DNA of 62,413 nt, the filler included, from Choristocarpus tenellus KU-1152 (taxonomy: Eukaryota; Protista; Phaeophyceae), in the NCBI GenBank assembly GCA_964200185.2. It is 12 parts of 12 records of this genome, joined end to end, with 100 filler letters (N's around TTAATTAATTAA, not from the genome) between each part and the next. Parts side by side here need not be neighbours in the genome. Positions count along the whole stretch, not along the records: positions 1 to 5,678 come from CAXNAD020010037.1; positions 5,779 to 16,347 come from CAXNAD020002852.1; 10 more parts are not named here. One strand, written 5' to 3'. Position 1 is the first letter of the stretch, and each line of letters opens with the position of its first letter. Of the stretch, positions 1 through 14,200 are shown one piece after another. The translations under genes were made by a program, and so were the position numbers. Below the pieces are notes generated by a model. The model saw only the letters and a program-made list of their open reading frames with translations. It was not told the origin of the DNA and made no database searches.

Positions 1-263
1 GAGGAGTGTAGATCAAACTTGTTTTAACCACAACTGTTTTAACCACAAGGGAGGGAGGGAGGGAGGGAGGGCGATTTTGTCTCATGTTTCAACATACCAG
101 TGACAGAAAGTTAAGGAAACCAAAACAGTGACAGCATACAAAGGAAAAAAAACCCCGTCCACAACCAAGATCATCCTTTGCAAAAACTAAATATAAATAA
201 TAGAGCCAGCACAATACACAGCACAAACAAAAACCTCGAGAACGGGTGGCAAACAGAAAGGTA

Positions 264-2590
264 TCACACATGTGCGGTTTGGTGCATCCATACCAAGCAA
301 GCGGTCTTTTTCCCACTCACCTTCTTAGCCCTTGGTGTCTTCACTCTTTTTTTGCCCTTTCTCATCCAGAAGAATCCTCCTTCCCCTCCCCCTGCTTCGC
401 CTTGGACCTTCTTCCCACCATCTAACCCTACCCCTAACTGCTGTGCAACAGATCTCGATTTGGGTGCATCCCTTCCCATGTCTCCCTCCTTGCCCCCCGA
501 ACCATCCCCTGCCTCCTCCTCCTCCTCCTTCTCCTCCTCGCCCGCCTTCCTTCCATCACTGCCTTCCTCTTGGCGGTTGCCATCACTTTCACCATCGCTG
601 ATGTGGTCATCACTCTGGCAAATAAGATAAGTGTCGCCAGGGGGATATAGCGGCCAGAGAAACGCCTCTTCCCTTGAGGAGAAGAAGTGGTCGTGCAAGT
701 CCTTCAATCCATCAGGATCAATGTGTTTGGATGGGGTACGTCGTTCCCCCCCCCCCTCCCCATTCAAACTGCTTTCAATGTTGCTCACGCCAGCTGACCT
801 TGTCTTACCATCAACACCCGAGTCATTTTCCATCTCCTGGTGTATGATAGAGGGGGGGGGGTTAAGAGAAAAGAGACTGTTAGAGAGGAGTGGCAGTAGG
901 TGTGTAGGTCCTCCTCTTCTTTTTATTTTATTTTATTGTGTGCCTATTGTGATGCGTGCGGTTGAGGATGAGTGCAAGGTTTGTCCTCTTCTGAGAGGCA
1001 CCTCTTCAAGCAAGACACCTCTTAACAGGATACCCCCCACACTATCAGCAAACGGGGCTTCAGACAGGGTCATCCTCAGCAATCCATAAATCACAAAAAA
1101 AATACAGCACTAGGAGTCAAAGTACAGACACAGACATTCACCTGCATTCACCTGCAGCCCCCTCACCTTCACGACGCCAGTTCTCTCATCACCATCATCC
1201 CTTCCCCTCTTGCTCCTCCTGCCTTGCTGCCTTCGGCTCAGCCCACCTCTGAGCACAGCAGCCCTGCGCTGCCCCAGCCATCGCAGCTCTCCCCTAAGCC
1301 CAGACATCATGGCAGGCAAGACAGATCGGAGTCCTTTGGTGCCCCGCTCACCTATGTGGCGATCTCTGCTCTCAGCACATTTGCTTGTGCCACAGAGCTC
1401 CCTTCTATCCTCTACAATACCTACCTCTGTCCCTGATGTTTCGCAGACCCAATCTCTCTCCTCATCATCACTTCCTCCAGCCGCCAATGGTACTTCTGCA
1501 GTTGAACAGGTACTACTAGTACCGTCATAATTTGTACCTGCAGTCCCAGCTTGTACTGGTCCATCTTGCGCTGAGGGACTGGTCCCAACAGAACTGGTCC
1601 CAACAGAACTGTTGCAGTTCCCCTTTCCCATCCCCCAAGTCTTTGGCACAGCTGGCGGAGTGGGAGATTCACCCAGGTCTTGAGGAGGCAATAATGGTGT
1701 CCCTAAAGTAGTGGAACTGGTGGGGGTGGCATGTTTGGCCTTCGACTCTGGCCGGCCCAAGACCTGGGTCACAATAGATGAGATATCTTTACTGAGGGAA
1801 GTTGTGCCCCCAAGATTCAACAGTTGCAACAGTTTTGGCCAACATTTAAAGGGAACAGGATTATTGAGAGTTTAAGGGTGGGGGTTAACTAAGGGGGAGG
1901 GGAGGGGGGGGGTGGGGTGAAGGAGGTACATGGTGACGGATTTAAGTTGTCAGTGAAGGGTCAGGTTCATATATTGAGATTATCAAGAGTATTCCAAAAA
2001 GGGTTGTTGCTAATGGATTCACTTATGATGAGTGGGAAAGAAAACTGTTAAGGGTCAGTATCGAAAGGATGCTCTGTTAGGGTTAGGGTGGTAGTGCCAA
2101 TATCCCTAACAGTATTAGTAGAGTCACAGTAAATCACACACACAACAAAAAAGAAAGAAAATACTGAATGCATCCTATCCTATTGGGTGAGTGAGTGTGG
2201 CGTAGAGGTCATGCATTCTATATATATATATTTTGATTCCAGATGATAGCAAAAAAAGGTCCAGTTTAGTCAATGGTATGGTACATAACTAGGCAAGAAC
2301 CACCTCTTCAACCCTAACCCTAGATTATCAGTTGATCGACCAAAACACCGATTTGATAGTGCCAAAACACACAAAACACCCTGTTCCGTCCACCACAGGC
2401 TAGGGTTAGGGCTAGTCAGCAGAAATCAGGATTTTTTCACGGATTTATCTACAACTAGTCCTAAAAAAAAGGAACCTAACTTAGGGTTAGGACAAAACAT
2501 TGTCCGAGCCGTGTCCCCTCGAACTCTTACCCCTAACCCTCAAACTTATCGTTTCTTCATTGCACAGAGTGCGAGCCCAAACATTTGAAA

Positions 2591-2637
<47 letters not shown>

Positions 2638-4849
2638 ACCCCCCCCCCCCTCCCACCCCCCCACCCCCCCCACCNNNNNNNNNNCGCTCTCTAACCCCCA
2701 AACTTCTCGTTTCTTCCTTGCCCCAAGTGCGCGCCCAAACATTTGAAAACCCCCCCCCCCCCCCTCCCTCCTCCCCCCCTTATTCATCCAATGACATCAA
2801 CCAGTTCTATCTACTCAGCAAGTCTACCGACGCCATGAGCGTTTTCAACACATGCTCTCTTCACAACATCACCACACCAGTTTTATTCTTTATTTTATTA
2901 TTATTATTTATTTATTTATTTTTGTTGTTGTTGCCCAAGCGCTGGCTCCCCCTCGCGTGCCTCTGGTGCCAATCCTCACCCCGCACACATTTTTATTTTT
3001 CTGTGCTGCACCTTTGTTTCCGTACAGTTACAGTTACAACAACGAAAAAGAAATAACTCTTTGTATCCCCCACCCATCCTTCCGCAACTCACTAAAACGC
3101 CCCCTGACATGCACATCCCCCCCCCCCCCCCCCCCGCCCCGCCCCCACAAAGGTCCCAAATCCTTGTTCGGGATACTACACAAAGCTCCCCCGGCAGCGA
3201 TGTGTAACTGTGTAACTAACACTCAGAATATGAAATAGGGTACATCTTTTTCGGGGTTGATGTCTCCTGGCAACAAGGGCACAATCGATGCTCACCCCAG
3301 TCCATTACCAAGACAAGTCTTCAGCGGCTGTGCTTGTACAGGCGACGTGCCATGCATGCCACAACTAACCCTAACCCTACTCACCAAAATCGACCCCCTA
3401 CTCGGAATGAACCAAAACTAACCTTAACCCTAATCCTAACCCTAACCAAAATCAACCGCCGGTGAAGTAAGCGCTTGCTCTCATTGGTTGGGCGAGGTGA
3501 ACGTTTCAGAAAAAAAAACAAAAAACGGTTCAACGCTCTACGCTAAAAAAAAAGAGTCAAGACTACGATGCTGCTTGCATTTTATTTTTTTGTTGTCAGC
3601 CGTTGGTAAAAAAAAACTACTTCGAAAAGCACACCAATTAAAACATCAAGATCATTACTAGTACTATTACTATTAATTACTATTATTATTATTATTATTA
3701 TCATCATTTTTTTCAGAAGTGTTTCTTATTGTTGCGATTTTGATTTCGGAAAAGCAGAGATTAGTTTAAAGAAAAAGATTGAGGGGCAGCGTTCAATCAG
3801 TTGGTTTATTAGAGTTGGTTTATTAGTTGGCTCATTCTTCTTGGGAGTGCCCTCACTCAGTGCGATCTTCTCATGGAGGTCGGCGATCCGTGCTGCTCAC
3901 AATTCGTGCATACGTTTTTTTACGCTGCTGACTGGGTGTATATTTTTTTTGATCAAAATATGTAACTGATAAAAGCCTCAAAAAAAAAAAAAAAAAACCA
4001 AAAAAAAAAAAAAATTCAAAACAAAATTACAAAAAATTTTTATTTAAAACAACAAAAAAAAAAAAAAAAAAATATAAANNNNNNNNNNCGGAAAGTTGAA
4101 AACTTTCACGCCGAGCTGACAAACAATTTCGATTCACAAAACCCCAAAAAATAAAAATTAATTATAAAATTAATAACGATATCTCTTTCCTGTCATACAA
4201 ATGAAAAAAATAAAAATGAAAAGCTTTATTTTATTTTCTTAATCTAAGACCACCTACTCTACCGTTGTCAGCGTGAGGGAGAGGAGAAGGAGAAGGGGAA
4301 GGGGAATCTAACAAAACCAACCTCTTGCCAAAATACCCCGCTGTGAGATCATACACTACGCAGGCCATGCACTGTACCAAAAAAGGGGCACATAAAGCAC
4401 AAAACAAGACTTCCTCCTTCTCTTGCGGGGTCAAACTCGCATCAATCAAGCCTACACAACCCCTCAGACCATTTATCAATCCACACACAAGCTGCATTTT
4501 CAAAGCAGCACTCCACATCGCGTGCATGCCCTAACCCTATATAGCCTTAAAATCCCCCCTAACCCTAATCCTATAAACGAATCAACAATGCACCAAAAAA
4601 AAGAAGTGATATATAGAACATTTTGACAAATCGGCAGAACAGACATGTTATAAAGTGAAGAAACCGAGAGGCGGTACACGATATACCTAGATCGGAGGTA
4701 TACCATGTACCTTACATCGTCACACTGATCCAATGATAACCCCCCCCAAATACCTGGTTTGTGTCAATGTCCAACTTGACCTCAAAATCATCAAAATTAT
4801 GGTCTTTTCCCCATGTTTGATACGATGAATTGAAAGCCTTCCCTTAAAC

Positions 4850-4908
<59 letters not shown>

Positions 4909-5473
4909 AAAAAAAAAAAAAAACAATAAAATCCTCCCCATCCTCCCACCCACCCACCAATAAAAACAAAACAAAAAAACACATTTGCTACAAACCTGAG
5001 AGAACCAGACAGGGGACCGATCTCTGCCAAACCACCAAGGGACCGTGCCGCAGCCCGTATAGCTCGTCCAAGGGCCATCATCTCTCGTATATCCATTCGT
5101 TCCTCATGCCCAAAGCCGCCTTCCCAGGCATTGAGACCTGAAGTAGCAGTGGTAGGAGCACCCCCCAAAGCTCCCCTTGCACCTGCCTGCACGCCAGGTC
5201 TCAATGCCTGGGAAGGCGGTTCTGGTGCAGTCTCTCCCCCCCCGGCAGCGGCACTTGAAGTACCTGTACCTACTGGTTCTTGTCTTGCATTCGCTTTGAT
5301 TCCTGGCGCAGCAGTCAAAGCAGTCCTTACTTCCCCCGAACCAACAGTTCCTGAACCCGGCCCGCTGGAGATTGTCTCTTGACGCACCCTTTGGATGTTG
5401 TCAGTACTTCTATCGGAGGAAAGGAACGGTGGGGGGGGGGGCTTGTTGCTTCTGGTAGATGTATGTTCTTCCC
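264..5473 (-). CDS. Partial multi-exon gene for an unidentified low-complexity (G/E/S/P-rich) protein
   Basis: Long open stretches on minus (264-837, about 1141-1850, 4996-5473) bounded by pyrimidine-tract CAG acceptors and GT donors (e.g. ctgtatcag|GGGAAG near 5473, CTCAG|gtttgt near 4996, cataccag-type acceptor near 837). No recognisable domain; exon linkage not verified. Confidence 0.45.
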
Positions 5474-5977
5474 CTGATACAGATACAGACAGTAAATCCT
5501 GTGGGCAGGGAGGGGGGGGGGGAGGGGGGGGATAAGCAGCACCATTCTCAATAGTTGAACAAAAAAAATCAAGGTATGGCTTAGTGGGGGGGGGGGGGGG
5601 AGAGGAGGCTTTTACAGCCTGGCGCCACGACTTTTTTCCGAAAAAATCTTTCCCGTGTATCCCTTGAAAAAGGAGTGCNNNNNNNNNNNNNNNNNNNNNN
5701 NNNNNNNNNNNNNNNNNNNNNNTTAATTAATTAANNNNNNNNNNNNNNNNNNNNNNNNNNNNNNNNNNNNNNNNNNNNCTCTTTTCCAGATTTTGGTGTA
5801 AATGGACCCCCTGGTGTAGCCCCCCCCCCCCCCCCACAGATACTTTGGGTCACTGTTTTTTGGCTTTTATATCCCCGACTGAAAAACGGCAGCACTTTCC
5901 ATTTCTGCGGCAGATGATTCATTTCCACCCCCTTCTACCCTTGGTCACCATGACCCCTTCATTCCCTGTGCACACAG

Positions 5978-8009
5978 CAGAAATTTCCCATGAGCTGCCT
6001 ATGCCCACAGTGGCTGCACTGCCTATGGCTCAGATGGTTGCAACTCGGGGGGGTTGGATGGGTGAGGGTTCGTGTGGGACTGGGACTGGTAGACCACCTA
6101 CTTGTTCAGGAAATGGGCACTACAAGGGCAGTGATGGCAGCTGGGGTCCAATGTCGGTGCCGCCTCACCAGCCTCTGATATGTTCAGCAGGTAACCTTGA
6201 CTCATATCATTAGGTTGACTTTGTTGGTTGGGGTTAGGGTTGTTGCAAGTTGTGTTGGTACATATTTCTGTGTACCATGTAATATATATGTGTGGGATAC
6301 AGTTCATGTTGCCAAAACTCGTGAGTCTTGGTTGAAATGCTTCGTCGTGAAATGTTGAGTTCCCCCGTCCCCCTCCTCCCAATCTGGGTGCTGCATTAAT
6401 ACAATCATCCATTCTACTACTCCTATGAGATGCCCCTAAGCCCTGACCATAATCAGTGCACGCCCTTTGAGAAATATCTAGCAGGGCTTGTTGAATTTGG
6501 TCATGTCCCAGTTCAGTAGGAGGACGAATCTTTTGACATTTTCTTAATATTTGCAAGATGAAACATGAAGTGCAGAATTTTTCTTATAATTATTTGAAAA
6601 AATTGATATACCTGATACCTTGACGAAACAGCTCTATTTTATTTTATTAAAAAAAAAGATAATCTACCTTCTCAACTTCATGTGATCCATTCCCTCTAAA
6701 AAAACGATATCCTACTCTCTTGCACCAAGAATGCCTCCCCCAGGTATGAGACCCAGTCTAGCCCCAACCAGCTGTCAAGTAGTCTCTGACCATCTCCCCT
6801 CCTTCCTGATGAACAACAGGTGCCAGTCAGCACTCAACACATCAGGAGAAGGGACGCTGGGGGGATCAGGGAGGTGCAAGGGAGCGGGAGGGTGGGGGGG
6901 AGGGTAGGAGGATGGATGAGCAGCAACAACATGAGGGTAAGGGAGGGAAGAGGGACGGAAAAGTAGATAGAGAGGATACAGGGGTGCATGACAATATCAG
7001 CCAAGTGGGAGAGGATGGGGGAGAATATCAGCAAGTGGAGGAAGGTGAGGGACAATGTTTGAGATTGGAAGGTTTTAGATTTCAGACTCCCAGACTGAGA
7101 GTGAAGTCAACTTTCCTCAGGCCTGTGTATCGTTTTTTGCATTTTTTGGGGGGGGGAAGGAAGGGGGTAGACCACTTTTTTTGTTGTTGCTTCATCTGGA
7201 AGTCGATACAAACGCCTCATTCTATCTGTGAAACACCCCAAGCTATTTTTGAATATATGGTAATGAAGAAGGATAAATCATGACACAAAGGCTTTTGTTT
7301 GTTTTGATATGCTGTGTACTGTGAGGACGGACTAGTCTGACCGTAAGGAGCATATATGTTCGTCAAAAGTATCTCTGTACCACTTTATCTATTATTTTAT
7401 ATTGTGAAGGCGTGTGTTTTTGGAAAAAAAAAGTTCTGAATTTGATCCGAAAGACATTTCTCCTGTTTAAAGGGGTTGAAAGCCTCTTTCTCTCTTTTGT
7501 TTATTCATGTCGAATGCTATTGACTCGTTAGTTTGAACATCTTTTGGTGGTCATGTGAGAGAGCTACACAATTTTGGAACTGTATCATCGTGAGTGAATG
7601 TAAGCTCTGGTTTGATAATGAGTCGTTAACACGAGCACGAAAAAAAGGAGTTGGCACTCTAGGAGTTGTTAGAGATTTGGAAGAGTAGGCATCTGTTTTG
7701 TTTCAGCTTAGCCTTTTTCTTTTTCTTTTTTCACTTGGCTCCTGCAAATGACTTGCTAAGAGGACAAAAGTATGGGAATAGATTATCATGCTTGTATCTC
7801 TACCACAGAACAGTCCTTTTTGATCTGGGAAGCAGTTACCTGCAAATGTTCTGGATGGGCCACCCCTCTCCATACCCGTACAAACCCTTGGTGGTCTCTT
7901 GTGCCAACTCTAGTGAGCCCTTACCTCATTTCATGTTTTCCGCACCTCTTGGTGTCGCAGGTCTTCTCGGTGTCTCACGTCTCATGTGTCCCATCTTTTC
8001 TTTGAAAAA

Positions 8010-8040
<31 letters not shown>

Positions 8041-8246
8041 TTTGTAATGCGGTGGTACTTTTGATGGGCATGTGGGATGTACATCCTGAAAGGGCACTGT
8101 GCTGGAGGGAGTCAAAGAGATTGGCCAGAAAAAGAGCAGGCAATGAGCATNNNNNNNNNNCCTCATTTCATGTTTTCCGCACCTCTTGGTGTCGCAGGTC
8201 TTCTCGGTGTCTCACGTCTCATGTGTCCCATCTTTTCTTTGAAAAA

Positions 8247-8297
<51 letters not shown>

Positions 8298-11200
8298 TTT
8301 GTAATGCGGTGGTACTTTTGATGGGCATGTGGGATGTACATCCTGAAAGGGCACTGTGCTGGAGGGAGTCAAAGAGATTGGCCAGAAAAAGAGCAGGCAA
8401 TGAGCATCCTAGATAGTTTTGGTTGTTATATGCTTTGGGGCTGTGAATCATGGAACAAAATTTGTAGTTAAATAGATGCTGTACAAAACTTCCCACACGA
8501 TCAAATCTGATACCTATGCCATTGGCGCTCTCTCCGTCACCTGTAAAGGCCACTCTGAATCCCACCACACGTTTGATTCTCATGCCTCTCATGCCTCTCA
8601 TGCCTCTCATGCCTCTCATGCCTCTTTTGTACACAAGCATGCTGCAGGCTGTCCTGGGCACTCCTGGAGGGATCAATTTATATATTAGATACTCCTGATT
8701 CCTTACTTCCAAGATATGGCTTTAATAGTGAATTTGATGTATCCCAGACTTTCCACCAGGCAAGGCATAAACCAGGCCGCCATCTAAGGTCATGGTAAAC
8801 CCGCAGCCCAAACAGTGGAAATAGTTAATGACCCAGAACTGTACCTTCCATAAGTGTACCAAACCAGTCAAGGTCTGGGCCGAACCTTACATAAATGGTT
8901 TTATATCGAACAACGCGACAGTCTGAACCTAACCCTAGCCCTAACCCTAACAATTTAACACCACTGCCCGGTTGAGTAATAAAAATTGAGTCCAACCCTA
9001 ACCCTAAACCTAACCCTAACCCAACCGCAAGTATGAAGGAGATGTATGCCTAGACTATCCTGGTGCATCCACATACCTACTCATTTCCCCATGAGGTGTA
9101 TTTCATGTCCCAATCCTAACTGATTTCTTAACTTGCCTTCTTCAACAGAAGGACAGGATGGAAGAGCAATTGGCAAGAGAGAGGAAAGGGGTGCCAAGGA
9201 CGGTCAGATCAAGGCATCCCAAGTAAACCAAAAGCAACCCTCGGAAGTGGGTGGGAAAGCCCCAGCTGCTCGAGAGCGGGGAGAGTGCCGTGTGCCTAGC
9301 TGCACCAACACTGCAACCTTCAGGTCAAGCAGTGCTAATTTTGTGCGGGATGGAGAGAAGGCTTTGGAAAAGAGGGATGACACAGGGGTGTGCAAGGGTC
9401 AGAAAGAGCCGGATATGGTCAGCATCAGAGGAAAAAAGTGCAGTATTGAAGGGTGAGTACAGGCTCTTACTGTAACTATTGACAATGTGAGGATAAGTAT
9501 AAAAAGTATTGCAATTTATGAACACATCATATTGCTAGTGTAAATCAATCAAGGAGAAGTAATAGGTGTGTAGTGGATTTTGGTATAGATCTGTTTGTTT
9601 TTTGTGTGTTACATTTGGGCACGAATTTTCGTGAACAGTTTGGTCTGCAAGCTGGTTCAGTTCCAATGTTTACTGAAGGGCTTGGTCCAGAGATGTCAAC
9701 TAGTTCCGTGGTTCATTGTGTGGGCTGTCTGGTTCCACTATTTCAGGCTTATCTGGTCTAGAGTATCAGATATTTCTAATGTCCAGTTTTCAAACCAGCC
9801 CTTGACTTTGTACTAAACCATGGAGTGATTTGGTTGGCCAATTCAGATCCAGGAACAATTATGCAAATTCTCTGCCATATGATGCTGATGTTTTCCTAAG
9901 AAATATAATCCATACCCATGCATATTTGGGAACAATTTGTACCACCCATGATGAAGTTTGTACATGGATTCTCAATGTCTACTGGCAGTAAAACTCCTTA
10001 TTCCTCTCATTAATGTTCCCTTTGAGTGGGCCAGCCCTGTGTAGAATGTTTCTAAAAGGACTGCTTCAGGGTTGTCAACATGTTTCTACAGTCTGGTCTA
10101 GGGGCTGGCCTGTAGCCCTTGACTGTACTGTAGTCCTGCCTGATGAAGTACCCTGTTGATTTCCGCTGGAGTAAACTGTTAACATGTGATGTTATTTCTT
10201 ATCCTTACATGTGGTGATGTGATGGAAGAGAGCCATCTTGTACTGGAGGATACCTTATGACTTTTTGTACCATTTTGGTTTGTTTTCGTTTTGCTGATCT
10301 TGCAGGTGCTTGAGTCACCCAAACTTTGGGTATGATGAGGACAAGATAGCCACCCGATGTGGCATGCATAAGGAGGCAGGCATGGTTGATGTTAAGAGCA
10401 GGCGATGCTCTGTGAGTGTCTTTGTTTTTTGTGTTTGTGGCAGGATATATGATATTCAGTTGATGGTTTGAACTGTGTGGGTTGACAGATTGGCTTGCAC
10501 GTCAGTTTGAGAATTGCATCATGTGTAGGAATTCGTTGTAATTTTTATTTTTTGTGGTGCCTTTTGGTTTTGGTTTGTTCTGTGGCAGGAGTGTCCTCCC
10601 CTAGTCCAAGCACCAGCGCCAGCCCTTGCACACAATTCAGAATGCTTATTGGGAATAGTTGTACTAGTTGTACATTTAGCTGACCTCTCCTGTCCCATCT
10701 CATATGTACTACCTACCGCAACTGTGCCTAAGGGCTTGAATATCCACCTGGTTATGGGTATTGATATGTCTTGGGTGCAATAGTTTCAGGAAGAGGTTTC
10801 CTGGGAGATGTGGGTTTCAACAGTAGGACTAGAGCTCTAAGGAATTTGATATTTTTTTAATTGGAGAGAATTGCCTCTGATTGGTCAATGTCACCTTGGA
10901 TCATATCTCATATGCAAGGGGTATCTGACCTCTTCTTGTGTGAGGTGATCGTCTTCACTCCCTAGGAAAGAAAGGATATGTATCTGACTTGCATCTTGCA
11001 ATTTTGGAACATTTCCCTTGAATTTGGACTTGACTCAATCCCCTGATGTCAATGAACAGGTCGGCTCCAGAACAACCCCATATATCATGTTCTTATTATT
11101 CTTAACGTTTCAATAGTATTCCTCCTGATATTTTGTAACCTTGTGCTGTGTTGTGGATTGTGTTGTTGCTTGTCCCTTATTTGTCCCTTAATTGTCCCTT

Positions 11201-14200
11201 AATTTCCTTCTGACGTGCAGCGAGAGGGGTGTATGGTCCGACCCAAGTATGGGTTCAAGGGTATGCCATCAGTGGTCTGTGGGGCACATAAGGTTGCTGG
11301 CATGGTGTCTACAGTCAATGGGAAGGTGGTGGTTGCTACACGAAATGGACGAGGTGAAAGGTGTTTTGTATGTGTATGTGTGTGTGTTTGTGTGAGTTTG
11401 TGTTTGTGTGAGTCCCTGTTGCCTAACCCAAGTTGAAGGAAGATATGTTGATCTATGGTAGGACGTGTCTAGGGAATCAAAGTAGCCTTGACCCAATGAT
11501 AGTTTTGGAGTACCTTGTTGCAACCAAAATATTTAAAAAAAAACTATGACAAATAGTAGTAAGTTTTAAATAGACCAACATAGTATCATGGGTAGGTCAT
11601 GAGGGCTCTTGTGCAAATGCCCCAACCCTTGCTTGATATCCCATTAATCATCCACCCTTTCCTCCATGTGTATTTTTGCATAACTGCAGGATGTGCTAAA
11701 GCTGGAGGCAGTTCACCCAAATCTGAAGCCGGTAACAACAAGCCTGGAGACAAGAAGAGAACATCAGGCTCTATCACCAAGAGTGAGTATCTCATCATTT
11801 TTGTTTTGTGAAGTAGTGCATCTGATTGGGCAATGGAGCTTAAATGAGAGGATATTGTTAGTGTTCGGTGGGGGGAGGACAAATCATTGTGCTTTGGTTG
11901 TGAGGTTTTTGCTAAGGAGGCAAACAGGGGTTGGAAGGTGGTACTTCTTGTTATAGTTGTGTCACCTGCAGTTTCTTCATTGCCATTTCTTAGTCCCAAC
12001 CATAACATCCAACCTGTTGATATTGTTGTTGTATTGCTGTCAGAAACAACCCGCCGTCAGATCTGTGAGCACCATGGTTGCACAACACAGGCCAGCTACG
12101 GACTAGCAGGTGTGACATGTTATGTGTTTTTTGTGAGGCAGTAGGCAAGAGGAGGTTAGGGTTTGCTTTGGTAGGGATTACTTTGCCAGATGGTGTAGCA
12201 AGTGTGTAGTTTTGGTCTGTTCAGCAGATAGTTCTTTATCTCTTCATGTATTTTCAAATGCCTTGTGTCATGCCAGTTTGCACCTCTATACACATGAAAT
12301 ATTTTGCATACAAGCTTACACTATTGGCGTTGATAATGGATGCCTCTGTACGATCTGTCTTGATATCTTGAAGTGATTAGTTGGTTGTCGGTGCCTGGTG
12401 TATAGTACTCCACTTGGACTGCACTTTCATGAAGTGTTCTGTAACCTGAGTGTGCAATGAAACAAATGATTAATTTTGCTCTGGAAGAAGATTATTTCAA
12501 CATATCAAATAGTGTACGTACGTCTCACACTGCCATGTACACAATTGTTCTCATGCCTTTTCTGCCTTTTCTGCAGGCACACAGCGACCAATTTTCTGTT
12601 CCACTCACAAAGAGGAGGACATGGTTGGTCTCAAGAACAGGCCTTGCATGTACCCTGGGTGAGACTTGGAGATGCGGTTAGGGCTTGAGTCAGTGTTTGT
12701 GATGGGTTTGTGCCCTGGGAGTGGTATTGGCCCGATTGAGTTATTGTATTTGGGTTTTAGAATGAGAGAGTGGCTATCACCTGGGATGGAGTATATCTAA
12801 GGCATTCAACAGGCACGTTTTTCGTGTTTTTCGTGCATCAGTAGTGTACACCATGGGAATCGGAAGTGGAGGCCGCAATCTTCCTGTGATGAAGCATACT
12901 CTTGCGTAGTGGGCAAGGGTTGAACACCATTCAGAAGACTTTTAGTGACTAGATGTAACAATCTGTTTTGAACCCTAATCTACTAAAACTGTGACCATTT
13001 TCGGTATTTTTTAACGACCGTGACGATGTGTCCTCTAGATCTATTGTCTTAAGTAGTGGAGGAATGGAGTGGTCTTGCAGACGTACGTTATCACTCTTCT
13101 CACTCTCTATTGTGTTGATGTTTTTTTGCCTTCTCCCCTTCGTATTTCTTGTTTTTTGTACATAATTTTTGCAACATATCACCTCCCATAATAATGCTGA
13201 TGGAAAATATTGGTGCCAATAAACTGTACCCAGTAGTGTTTGCTTCCTATATTGTATGAACTTGGTTTTCACTTCTTGTAGGCTTGTATTGTACCTTGAT
13301 ACGTCCAAAAAGGTGTGTGCTGGACTTCTTGGTGACCATCCCTGTCTTTGATTCGTTGTTTGAGAGGGTGGAACCGTTTTGCCAAGTGTACAAATGATGA
13401 TGGTAATAATAGTGTTTAGAGGAATATCCACATCGTCATATTTCTACTTTGGTAGTTAAGTATTCCTAATGGTGTTAAGAAGTTGACTGGATAAGAAACA
13501 GCAACCTTTACGTACGTACAGGATTGTTGATTATGGCGTTTGTGTTTGTAGTTGGTTTCTTACCCCACATTTCATATTCTGTTGAAAACGTATCAGATCC
13601 CTAAATCTGATCGCCTTGTTTCCAACTTTGTCATGTATATCTGGAATTGTCAACAGGTGCGATGTCCGACCCCACTATGGTCGTGAGGGCTGTAGGGCCG
13701 AGTACTGCGCTAACCACAAGGAGGACTACATGGTGCACGTAAAGGTAACCTCCAGGAATCGCCAACTAAACGCATCGCGCGAAAAGGAATCCATAGTGGA
13801 AAACTCAGGGGAGGGTAACCGTGAAGGAGGGGAGCAGAGGAAGGTCAAGCAGAGCAAGAAGGAGGGCGATGCGAATGTGGATGCCCATGGAACAGGGATC
13901 AGAGAGGTCGAAGAGGTTGTTCCTGGCAATGTCGCAATCAAACGTGGCCGTGGCCGCCCAAAGAAGGTTGCCGTGACTGCGTTGGTATCTGGCATGACTT
14001 CTTCGACAAAAGACTCCTCACCCACAGCATCCAGAGGAACGTCTGCGTGTGCAGCAGCCAAGAGAAAGACAGGGGAAGCAGGCGATGGTTCCTCCTCGCC
14101 CATAGGTCAACTGAACGCGAAAGAAGATTGGGATAGAGATGGAGTTAGTGAGAGGGACGGAAAAGACCAGATGGAGGATTGCGGAGGGAAAGACTGGGAG

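Noticed and set aside
2520-2780. Duplicated segment with poly-C giving poly-Pro and poly-Gly ORFs
   Set aside because: It flanks a 10-N gap and the ORFs arise from homopolymer runs. The same applies to poly-G/C ORFs near 4850, 39950 and 50650.
5723-5734. Recurring TTAATTAATTAA palindrome
   Set aside because: It is the artificial linker in the scaffold spacers.
7925-8410. Near-perfect tandem duplication of about 235 bp
   Set aside because: The copies sit either side of a 10-N gap and differ mainly in (TG)n length, typical of an unmerged contig overlap.
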